Origin: a virus | Virus record (IMG/VR): IMGVR_UViG_3300046467_002136 | Span: 50,038-114,037 of that record | Reading direction: 5' to 3' (one strand) | Length of the DNA stretch: 64,000 nt | Position numbers and translations under genes: made by a program | Part shown: piece after piece, positions 28,301 to 35,417 of the stretch | Layout: each line of letters begins with the position of its first letter | Numbering within the stretch: the stretch's first letter is position 1 | The notes under the pieces: model-generated | Database searches by the model: none | Seen by the model: the letters and a program-made list of their open reading frames with translations, nothing else | Told to the model about the DNA's origin: nothing

Positions 28301-29041
28301 ATCGTTTTACGCCCAGAGGTATCCGACAGAACTCATTACGGATCAGGCGACGCTATGGGCCGTGGGGCCATTCCGACGCCCATGAACTCAAATGACGCAA
28401 ACGAAATTCTTGCTGCTCAGACCCCACGCTGGAACAGCGGGCAAGAAGATGGTCCCTTCAAAAACACTGTGAAAATGCACGACCTGTTAAAAGCGGGGGC
28501 AACTGGAAACTATAGAGATCTCTCCCCCGACGGTGAGCACCATGAAGCACAAATCGCTGGGGGTATCGATATGGACGACATTGAGTTTGTCCGCTATCCG
28601 GTCAACAAGCTCAATTGGCGCAATCTCAAACTCAGCGATGCAGATACAGGGAAAAACGACGAATCTGCAGCAGCCCGACTGCGCACTGCAGGATTTAGCG
28701 ATGCCGAAATTGGTTACTTCTATGACGCTATAAGCGATGGGCGAGTTGCAGGTTTACGAAATGTCAACTGGCTTCGCCAACATCTTGCAGCTCAAAAAGC
28801 ACAAGAACGATTCGATCGTCTTGGAGTTGATGTCAAATTCACAAACCCAGACGGGATAGACCTTATGAATGTTGATTCGTTCATGAGCAATCTTCCAGGA
28901 GCTATTTCAAGCACAACGCCTGCAGACGTTTTACGCAAACGGATACATCTTGAAATCGCAGAGCGCGCAACTGAGCTACTTCAAGATATTCGGAAAGAAA
29001 TGAAGCCAAATCGCAATGCCGCCGCAGGAGTTTTGGTCTGA
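22310..29041 (+). CDS. Giant GMRS-segmented polyprotein (zincin, ParB-like and DUF3626/ART-like modules)
   Basis: 2243 aa. Contains HELAH, DPILVTDDGFILDGHHRW and RPVSG...IVLRPEV..RTHYGSGD...HEAQIAGG, plus seven GMRS sites. Confidence 0.8.
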   Translation: MTEFSPKKRTYLSARIRRRRRDLEAAGLDFLERRNVLAAQPTLNAQIVVKALDGSIGDSPEKEKDKSKKRTAGSGVKEIEPEVRYDPKGVRDPGQVFKLHVTARDLKTGEDNFGWIDPPEAVPKEKQRSSMADAMQWRATRPQIRIRTYDQDPRTGQPIVETEEEIQVKGLGRTLKDTLPGQSLGGRAASGLGLIVDALGKFRCPPGTPAANQFTDEFGTNCFSPVEILRDTVRGLVNSLRSSRGRSWSLPGRGDSEAEQLRSNIAERRAAAGKAGQLIGNTASIEAALIERNTVIQSLMDQYGISAGDELNEDMWSLLEAMTDVDTGDFPDLEWKGLFTSMFGDELWDENLTMRQNLEKMRAAVREDVFSFMGAQTKTGAQAIRDSYNHRDPKAMAMVDGLVGRHESAMRGFLGSTLHEFGDDPRAMSGLKKISFRAYNPDIDDFQSYWGTEGECIPLWEGTGTGMATKLQFNATAIALRPFQEGGLTHEGPDGRPKLVQVDAGGAFSASVTDAEKWAAIADFLAHTEKMEYWHKQYANDLTASAHGGSLEAFSMHVGYHELAHVKQYQQIAQRVLETYERDGQFSIYKRDGTGLELLTANPSEWTNEQFAMAVASTFQDALPPGTTTDFPPMDMVQFEGSMLHLLAGQYYQDLVQGFLQATSGGYAEDITPGQYVSPLDARGLPVHNSAKAHLNLLFLEGTAELAALKRTGGIAGDELNEVLDWMDADIADVVYGIPEVDVPFKPGSIVSDTDMGEAPWDTPLEPGEVMTPSGIIIPTSAVKKIEAAAARKRQERQLTTEKRKLETARRLRHRTEIHSWGSGGDGEIKTASDGTKYVWIGALSGEGEWQVLFDDLFEPAFLEELEGVTPPEVDYDLPPGMRSGGMRSRRELGQFDNGPRVGKFSGETHEEPDGSVWEFRPTLRDRPEKGGFWRDMTDPANRREIAERATRRRQLEAQEGRSMGRLARPGAGSEWENIVRRGDGGMRSTRATVGQSLTPEEINDHAILDDLELELERLDAASPTLLGRLRQKFGGHKGLEQRKERHRESIAAVKEALAEGRFVESLDDYINLTDEDKMKFFGPEYHGKPLVVTADQTELAMRIILDSYRLNPDESDSDKLMHVKIVPTDSITGEEIQSLLHKEFAEALENGMPIAEALEQGNDIEAQRLIAEFNASDTPFMLGKEHYDLCKVSVAGSNMFCYDHEGILRNSMPQFSGPVWDFDTEEHQKVYEDAMTKLANAAGHVDPSTDEYEDWFKSPEGWAARQEAHKEVLDAGGQATKAATLWHQQFEEKKRRLMSEGMSEADALQGAADATQFGADSTRQLIDHLRANGVRVEGGFGKEDLRPDSARIDAPGDDLETGTENPIKKALLFLKASQNELIGPKVMKEARKATIKQPDGTYIKNPDHWLFKGFDGSSDPILVTDDGFILDGHHRWAMLVAVASLTGDEDEILGHKNVVVVHMPINEALSYGVAFADDMGMQRAPAGPDEAAPHPSTLPDVSGTWAKRQALADEKKSLLPESPVEERGMRSSRRMQGDFDEITRVGKFHGETHTEPDGSVWEYRPTLRDRPEQGGNWIDLSDPGMRRHMADRARKRRLAEGEAGAFGGYDRPRGRAGMRSERLPQRDEETRPGWDHAPHRGRGVPDGSPNRFREVRGGQYVNSEWDDISRGGMRSQRREIELRNMEREIQAAVGRERALETDLLQLREDEDGFVITREEFDNSVAEISIERQALKERKQRLQQQHSILKRHRDRGSRTGMRSIRVRKQSDNPGAAEMMTNRNASLAEAIPDSAFSAPSGWGSNYGTDRTSRALPPIQSRSSALSDHYEKLDSSLEDLLGSEDGQYLQGPNLSFLEFDPEVVEFLSNHEKDEVSETIAKAAVQFHRGFDRRPRVLLDSDEFENLLETGSHSRPDVPYGENSVADLRMDYDLRNGFDTNTPASQRPVSGHLYHAMDDDQISERLDAIDGPLMERLPDFWDSEGTAPWGDPAAMGGDIDIVLRPEVSDRTHYGSGDAMGRGAIPTPMNSNDANEILAAQTPRWNSGQEDGPFKNTVKMHDLLKAGATGNYRDLSPDGEHHEAQIAGGIDMDDIEFVRYPVNKLNWRNLKLSDADTGKNDESAAARLRTAGFSDAEIGYFYDAISDGRVAGLRNVNWLRQHLAAQKAQERFDRLGVDVKFTNPDGIDLMNVDSFMSNLPGAISSTTPADVLRKRIHLEIAERATELLQDIRKEMKPNRNAAAGVLV

Positions 29042-32000
29042 TGAAAGCTATTCATGTTGCCAATACGGGTGATAGCCGAATTTATTATCTATTGGAATCA
29101 GATAACGACTCTACCGGTGTAGTGGTCAAACGTAATTCTCCTCCAACATTCGTAAACTTTTTTGCATATGTCTCCAAAAAGCCGCAGATTCAACGTCTTA
29201 TGGATTCAGATTTTCATAAATTTCTTTGGACTGGCAACAAGGGGAGTTTGAAACCTCGCTGGGAACACGTCTTCATTGACCGAGTTGCCGAACCGGTTGA
29301 TTTGTTGGTTGGCGTAAACGTGATCAGCAAATTTAAAACAGACGACGGGCCTAATCGTGTCCGACAGATGGAAGAGAAAGCCAATCGAGCTATCGAATAT
29401 CGATCGCTGGTATCCGCAGGGCTTAACGAAAAAGCTTTTGCTAGGAGTGTCGGCAGAATGGCCGGTCGTGCAGCAACGGGAGCCGTCAGAGGTTTCCGTA
29501 GAGGAGTTCGATTTGATCGACATGCTCGTGACGGTGATTTAGATGGCTTTCTTCAGGAGGGCACAGAGTGGGCTAGAGCTGCCACGCCGTCACGAACAGA
29601 TCTCACTACGCAGGAAACGGTTGGATATAAGCAACCAGGACGACCACGGTTTATGAAAGATAAGCCGCCAGATCCCACAACTTTGTTTGATGCTTCACGG
29701 GAAGAGCTTCGGGCTGCCAAGGGTCGTTATTACCGCTGGAAGAAGGCAGAAGCGGGAGCATCCGCACACGGCGTCGGTCTTGTCGACCCCGAAGAACTCT
29801 TGCAAAGTTGGATCGATTTAGAAAATGAATTGAGTGAAGCGTTTCTTGATGGGCGTCCCATACGAACTACTGACGATTTTCGAGAAGTTGCAGCTCAACT
29901 TCACAGCGGATTCGGACCCAACCTCAATCAAAAGATGAAAATTGTTTACGATTCGAACGGAGATCCGGTAGACCGTAAATATGACATATCGGGGGGCAGC
30001 TATTTCGACTTGATTACCCCCGATCGGAAAGGCGACGAAGAGTTATCTCTGTATGAAAGATATACGGCATTAGCTGTCATGAGGGGATTAAGAGATAACC
30101 CTGATCTTCAAAACCACACCTTGCAAATTGCTCATGAGGACGATCTGGTCCCGAGTAATCCAGTCATCAATGGACCCAAAGGAGTTGGAGGTCAAGCGGG
30201 CGGTCTGATGGGCTGGAACTGGAAGGTCAACAAGATAGCCCTGCAACTATTGAGGGCTACTACGGGTACACGGGAAGAACGAAACAAACGGTTCTCCGAA
30301 CGCCTTGACGAAATGCTCGAAATTGACAAAGTGCCGTCTCAACGCAATCGTCACCCAAAACCGAGAATCACTATCGGCTTACGCAAAGAAAAAGATCATT
30401 CGAACCTACTTGATTTTGAAATCGGTTTAACTGCTGAATATGCTTCAAAAATGGGTCACAACACTGCCACTACTGCTCTGGTTGTCTTAGCGGCCCACCT
30501 TGACAATGTGCCCCAGAGTGAACAGGCGTCAGTTGTCAAACGAGGTAAAGCAATTTTTGGAGCCACGATCGCAACACACGAGTTCTCCGGACATGGAAGT
30601 CACACTTCAAATATAAAATCATTTGCAGATAAAGATGCAGGTGGTGATCACAACGCATTAAAACGGGCGTTTGAACGAATAAAAGAACATCTAGGAAAGA
30701 ATCCAATCGCTGACAAAACCGCGCTGGATCTCGATAGCGAACAGATAGACAAAACCGGCAAGGGTGGTTACAACTTGGCTCATGGAGCATTCGGCCCAAA
30801 GGCGATTGTGAGCATGGATAAAGCTTCTGCAAAATTATCAAACCAAGGTAAAGTCCGAGGCGTTCTAAGTGTCGAACCCGACACTATGGGGGTCGGACAA
30901 TGGCTGGGTTATCTCGACCAGAAGGAAAAGCCAGGTTCGAATCGAGTTGAGCGACTTCATGAATGGTTGAGGCAGCCCATCATGGATGGTGACGGCAACC
31001 CATTTACAGCCACTCCCGGACTCGCCCAGTACTTCAACGCATTGGCAGGTGAGGCTGGCCTTAGTTGGCCGGGTATCGATTTAACAATATCCCAGGGTGA
31101 AGAATTAACTCTTGCGCACGTTTTGTACGGGATGTCTCCCAGCATCAACTTCGGAGAAATTCAATTGCTTTCCGCCGAAGCCTCCAACATGGGCCTCACC
31201 AGATTGTCAGATCATCGAAAGGGTAAATACCTCAGCTACAGGCCAAGAACAGGAACTGCTTCTGGAGCGAACTGGACTGATATTACTGACAAAGCAATAT
31301 TTGTACGGGTTGGTGATGATATGAAACCATTAGATAGCATACCCAGTGGTGTGTTGGATCAAATACCCTGGTATATGAGCGTAGGCGGCGTAGAGTTATT
31401 TGATCAAGGCGTTTTACCCGCACCTACGGTACTCAGGGAACACGGAATACCTGCATTCAAATTTCCCAATACCCAAGGTTCATCGATTGACTCCTCAGGG
31501 CCGCACAGCTCGAACACGAGTTCCAGCGATCCGGTGTCGCCAGAAGATGTCGCACCGTTACTCGATGCTCATGCAGTAGTAAATCGGATTTTGGCTGATG
31601 AAAAATCTTCTATTCCAGTCACTCCACCCCCTGTCACCAATGTGCAAACTGCTTTTAAAGATCCATTCAACCCTACAGACCTAGAACAACGTGCCAACAA
31701 AAAGCGATTGAATGAGGAAGAGGTAAAAAGAAATCAAAACTATTTGGCCAAGCTTCTCAAAGTGAGATTTAATAAAATCAAAGAATCGAAAAGCGAAGTT
31801 GGCACAACAGGATTACCGATTACTGAATTAGTTTCAAATAAAAGTCCTGCACAAAGAGTCGAAATAAGACAACGATTAGTTGACCAGCTACTCGCTTCTC
31901 TCATCTATGACCACAAATTCATCGACCAAAGCCGACGTTCCAGCACCGCCCGCATCGACAAACCCCGGGGAGAAGGTGGCATAGATGCCATGAGAGATCA

Positions 32001-32394
32001 TCGCGTCTTTGAAGAGGGTGGACCACTCGAAGAGATTCTTAGTAACTTGGTCAGCGCTATTGTTCAAGACGGCAGCTTCTGGGATGGCTTAAATGACACA
32101 GACATCGACCTGCTGAAGAATTTATCAGATAATCTTGGGTATAGGGCTTATGGCAGTTATTCGGGTGCACACACTCCGCACGCTCTTCTCGACGAGCTAA
32201 CAGGAGGAGGACGCCACGAACTAGTAGCAGAATTTATGACTCTTATGAATACTGGAATGGATTTTCCGATTTGGGGTCCGAAAGGCCGTCGACCACTTAC
32301 CCCTGCGGAAGTTACTGCATTAACCCGCTTATTCAAATGGCTTTCTCCTAAAGGAACGCCAAAAATACGATCAGGAGGAATCACATATGACTAA
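29041..32394 (+). CDS. Giant head-locus protein with DGDxDG motif and zincin-like metallopeptidase motif
   Basis: 1117 aa. Contains FDRHARDGDLDGFLQEGTEW, THEFSGHGSH and a distal AYGSY...HELVAEF. Confidence 0.7.
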   Translation: MKAIHVANTGDSRIYYLLESDNDSTGVVVKRNSPPTFVNFFAYVSKKPQIQRLMDSDFHKFLWTGNKGSLKPRWEHVFIDRVAEPVDLLVGVNVISKFKTDDGPNRVRQMEEKANRAIEYRSLVSAGLNEKAFARSVGRMAGRAATGAVRGFRRGVRFDRHARDGDLDGFLQEGTEWARAATPSRTDLTTQETVGYKQPGRPRFMKDKPPDPTTLFDASREELRAAKGRYYRWKKAEAGASAHGVGLVDPEELLQSWIDLENELSEAFLDGRPIRTTDDFREVAAQLHSGFGPNLNQKMKIVYDSNGDPVDRKYDISGGSYFDLITPDRKGDEELSLYERYTALAVMRGLRDNPDLQNHTLQIAHEDDLVPSNPVINGPKGVGGQAGGLMGWNWKVNKIALQLLRATTGTREERNKRFSERLDEMLEIDKVPSQRNRHPKPRITIGLRKEKDHSNLLDFEIGLTAEYASKMGHNTATTALVVLAAHLDNVPQSEQASVVKRGKAIFGATIATHEFSGHGSHTSNIKSFADKDAGGDHNALKRAFERIKEHLGKNPIADKTALDLDSEQIDKTGKGGYNLAHGAFGPKAIVSMDKASAKLSNQGKVRGVLSVEPDTMGVGQWLGYLDQKEKPGSNRVERLHEWLRQPIMDGDGNPFTATPGLAQYFNALAGEAGLSWPGIDLTISQGEELTLAHVLYGMSPSINFGEIQLLSAEASNMGLTRLSDHRKGKYLSYRPRTGTASGANWTDITDKAIFVRVGDDMKPLDSIPSGVLDQIPWYMSVGGVELFDQGVLPAPTVLREHGIPAFKFPNTQGSSIDSSGPHSSNTSSSDPVSPEDVAPLLDAHAVVNRILADEKSSIPVTPPPVTNVQTAFKDPFNPTDLEQRANKKRLNEEEVKRNQNYLAKLLKVRFNKIKESKSEVGTTGLPITELVSNKSPAQRVEIRQRLVDQLLASLIYDHKFIDQSRRSSTARIDKPRGEGGIDAMRDHRVFEEGGPLEEILSNLVSAIVQDGSFWDGLNDTDIDLLKNLSDNLGYRAYGSYSGAHTPHALLDELTGGGRHELVAEFMTLMNTGMDFPIWGPKGRRPLTPAEVTALTRLFKWLSPKGTPKIRSGGITYD

Positions 32395-32806
32395 ATGGCC
32401 CGAACTCTCTGACGAACTCCCGGGTGCTGAATTTTTCACAAAAAACAACGAGCGGGCAGAAAGACAAAAACCTTCAACCCAAGATTGGCAAAGCCTGTTA
32501 GAACGGGCACTCGGTTATAAACCAAGCCAATGGACTGGACTCAGTCATAGTCGTGACGAACTAGTTGGGATTCTTCGTCAATTAGAAGATGGATCTGATC
32601 CACATGTTGACGACCGAAGAAACCCTATTGAAGAGCGTATCGAACGCTACCAACACAGCAAACAACGGACAAGAGATGACAGAGATGAACAGCTAGAGCA
32701 GGTTGTGGATCTTGGAAGTTTCTTATTTCCTCAATGGCACACACACAGGGGAAGAACCACTCGGCCATTGAATCCTGAACACTTCGCCGATCCAGGACTG
32801 AATTGA
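32387..32806 (+). CDS. Hypothetical protein (candidate immunity/partner)
   Basis: 139 aa with an AGGAGG RBS, overlapping the stop of the upstream giant gene. Confidence 0.6.
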   Translation: MTKWPELSDELPGAEFFTKNNERAERQKPSTQDWQSLLERALGYKPSQWTGLSHSRDELVGILRQLEDGSDPHVDDRRNPIEERIERYQHSKQRTRDDRDEQLEQVVDLGSFLFPQWHTHRGRTTRPLNPEHFADPGLN

Positions 32807-32832
32807 ACGTAAACTATTATGGGTGACTACAC

Positions 32833-33477
32833 ATGACAACTGACAGTTACGACATCAAAGGGCCACAGGACGTTCTACTCGATCTCCCCCAGGAGAGATT
32901 GACATCAATTACTCGTGGCCATGGACCAAGACGAGGCAATCTAGAGCGATTGCTTAGATATTGGCGCCCAATCATGAAAAAGCCCGGCGGGTTCACACGC
33001 TGTCGTGTCATTCTTAAAAATCACCCAGAGCTATACCCCCTGGAAAGAATTTGTGCGTGGCTTCATCACGAAACCACCGGCAAATGGCCCAATGAAGGCT
33101 GCCATCATCCGGGTATGAAGAACTGTAAAGGAAAACTTCGAAAGTTGGGATGGACAGATGCCGAGTGGGGCAAGCGAATACGCAAACGCTTCAAGAAACG
33201 TAAAAAAGGTTTTGATGAATCTTGGGATCAGGAAGACGTATTCTTCGGAGACTTCTTAGAGTCTAAGAGCTCTTATACGACTATAGAGTATAATCCTGTA
33301 GTAACTACAAGTGACCTCAAGCATGCTTCAACCGTTTTAGCTGATTTCGTTGTGATGGAAAAGGACTTCACGTCCTACCTCCGAGATCACAACAATTGGG
33401 AATTAGTCGGAGAAGGCGACGACGGCGACGAATGGGTTGCGGATTTCAGCGAAGCTAAGGACTGTGGGTGCGAATAA
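32833..33477 (+). CDS. Head-locus protein with Cys/His motif
   Basis: GNLERLLRYW...GGFTRC...CAWLHHETTGKWP resembles a motif I recall from actinophage head-morphogenesis proteins. Confidence 0.6.
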   Translation: MTTDSYDIKGPQDVLLDLPQERLTSITRGHGPRRGNLERLLRYWRPIMKKPGGFTRCRVILKNHPELYPLERICAWLHHETTGKWPNEGCHHPGMKNCKGKLRKLGWTDAEWGKRIRKRFKKRKKGFDESWDQEDVFFGDFLESKSSYTTIEYNPVVTTSDLKHASTVLADFVVMEKDFTSYLRDHNNWELVGEGDDGDEWVADFSEAKDCGCE

Positions 33478-35417
33478 ATATGGCGACTTCCTACACCTAC
33501 ACGAAGGAATTGGATTGCTGCGGCGGCTTGGAAGTGCAGGTCAAACGAACAATCTTACGAAAACTTGACGACACCATTCCTTCGGGTCTAATCCGGCATA
33601 CACGCGCATCTGACGAAATCATTGGCGAATACAAAGCCTTATCTCATAGAAATGGAAATACTCGTCAGTACGACATCAGCGTAACTACCAAAGCGGGTTT
33701 AGTCAGATCGGGCTCCCGTCTCGGGCAGGCAGCTCAGGCAGCGGGTTCGATCATCACACCTGGAAACATTTCTAGAGTTCGAAGTCCCCTACGTTCGGCT
33801 GGATGGCGGGCACTCACCCCTGGCCTCCCCGGAGGCGGACGAGGTATTCGCAAACGTGGACGGGCACACCGATGCCCAGAGGGCTACCAATACGGTGGTC
33901 GATTCACTGACAATCAACTATCCACTTGCGGCCAACAACTTTTTGATATTCCATCTGCCCTCGGTGCAACCATTGCCGCTATCCGCAGAGCCGCTGCCGG
34001 TGCACCCACGGCACCCGAAGGTGAGGTAATTCGTGGACGCCCGGGCCGAAACGTTTTACAAAGCCGTAAGCCAGACATTCCTCGCGTCGGGAACGACAAT
34101 CGCCAAGAACGTATTCGTGCTACAGGAAAAGTCATAGAAGCCATGGGTAAGCCCGACATAGACACGGCTCGGCTTGTTCGACGCGATGGCTTTCAGCTTG
34201 AACCAGTAGTTCCTCCCGCAGTATTGCGCACCATCCCCGACAACAGGGACATGGAAGGCGCCACCTACCTAATGAATCTCACATCCGTTGATGGAATGGG
34301 TGGCGAAGAGTTGGGTCTCCTCTCCAATACGGGAGTTACCAATATCTCTTACGTTCTTCCTGACGGATCTTCTCTTTCTATTGAAAAGGTTCGAGGGCTC
34401 ACAGTCGGTGAGCGTAGGAAACTGGGCCGCACTGTTAATGCTGCCATGAAAAAAGACAATTCTAAAGATCCTGCGGCCAGACTGAAATTTGTCGACGAGG
34501 AGACCGGAACGGGCATCGCATACACCGAGAACTGGGCAGGATCAGCTCGTTCCGTTGCGGATGCCCTCAAGTCCAAGCCAGGAAAAACACCCACGGTGGA
34601 AGCTGAAGCGCCCGAGGCTGAAGTGCCCGAAGGTGTTGGCGACAAAATCAGTAATGTCAGTGACGCTGTAACCCACATCAACGGTGGGGGCAGTCTCGCT
34701 GGAATTGATCCATCTATTCTCCAAGCTGCGATGCGAAAAGCGGGTAAAAAACGACCCGGAGGCATCATCGAGGTCGGCGATAACCGTTATCTTATGCAGT
34801 CTTCGAAAACCGATTTCGACCATTTGCACGTTGCTACGGCAGCGGAAATACAAAATCATCTAGGTCTGGCAGCATTCCCCCCAGCGTTTGCGGGGAAGGG
34901 TGGCAAGCGGCGCGACTACGTTCTCGCTGCTCCATCTATGGATACTGATCGAACATTCGACGATGTAGACCCAGCAGACGCGGTACGCATGCTCCTGGCT
35001 GACTTAATTCTCGGGGTCAACGATAGGCCGCCCACCGCTGTAGGAATACAAGGCGAAGCAACAGTACCGACACACATACCGTCTGCACTTGAAGATTTGG
35101 ATAAAATCAGCATACAAGAGAGAATTGAAGAAAGTATTTCTTCGATGAGACCACTTGCAGATGAAAGTATATATTCCTCGCATTATCAACAATTACGAAT
35201 AGCTCAACAGGAAGAATTCCGCAACGAACTTGAACGCCTTCTTGAAAGGGCTCGTACATTCAATTTTACTGATTATAAAGATCGCCTTTATCGTGACGGT
35301 TCTTTATCTGCAGCCGAAAAAACTCATCTAAATGTTATTCAAACAATTGTTGAAGCTCGCATCCAAACACTTGCTGCTTCCTATGACGCGATTCTTGACC
35401 GCTTGGACGGTAACTGA
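33468..35417 (+). CDS. Head-locus protein with RCPxG motif and degenerate HipA/PI3K-like C-terminal domain
   Basis: Contains HRCPEGYQYGGRFTDNQLSTC and AAEIQNHLGL..P...RMLLADLILGVNDR. Confidence 0.6.
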   Translation: MRINMATSYTYTKELDCCGGLEVQVKRTILRKLDDTIPSGLIRHTRASDEIIGEYKALSHRNGNTRQYDISVTTKAGLVRSGSRLGQAAQAAGSIITPGNISRVRSPLRSAGWRALTPGLPGGGRGIRKRGRAHRCPEGYQYGGRFTDNQLSTCGQQLFDIPSALGATIAAIRRAAAGAPTAPEGEVIRGRPGRNVLQSRKPDIPRVGNDNRQERIRATGKVIEAMGKPDIDTARLVRRDGFQLEPVVPPAVLRTIPDNRDMEGATYLMNLTSVDGMGGEELGLLSNTGVTNISYVLPDGSSLSIEKVRGLTVGERRKLGRTVNAAMKKDNSKDPAARLKFVDEETGTGIAYTENWAGSARSVADALKSKPGKTPTVEAEAPEAEVPEGVGDKISNVSDAVTHINGGGSLAGIDPSILQAAMRKAGKKRPGGIIEVGDNRYLMQSSKTDFDHLHVATAAEIQNHLGLAAFPPAFAGKGGKRRDYVLAAPSMDTDRTFDDVDPADAVRMLLADLILGVNDRPPTAVGIQGEATVPTHIPSALEDLDKISIQERIEESISSMRPLADESIYSSHYQQLRIAQQEEFRNELERLLERARTFNFTDYKDRLYRDGSLSAAEKTHLNVIQTIVEARIQTLAASYDAILDRLDGN

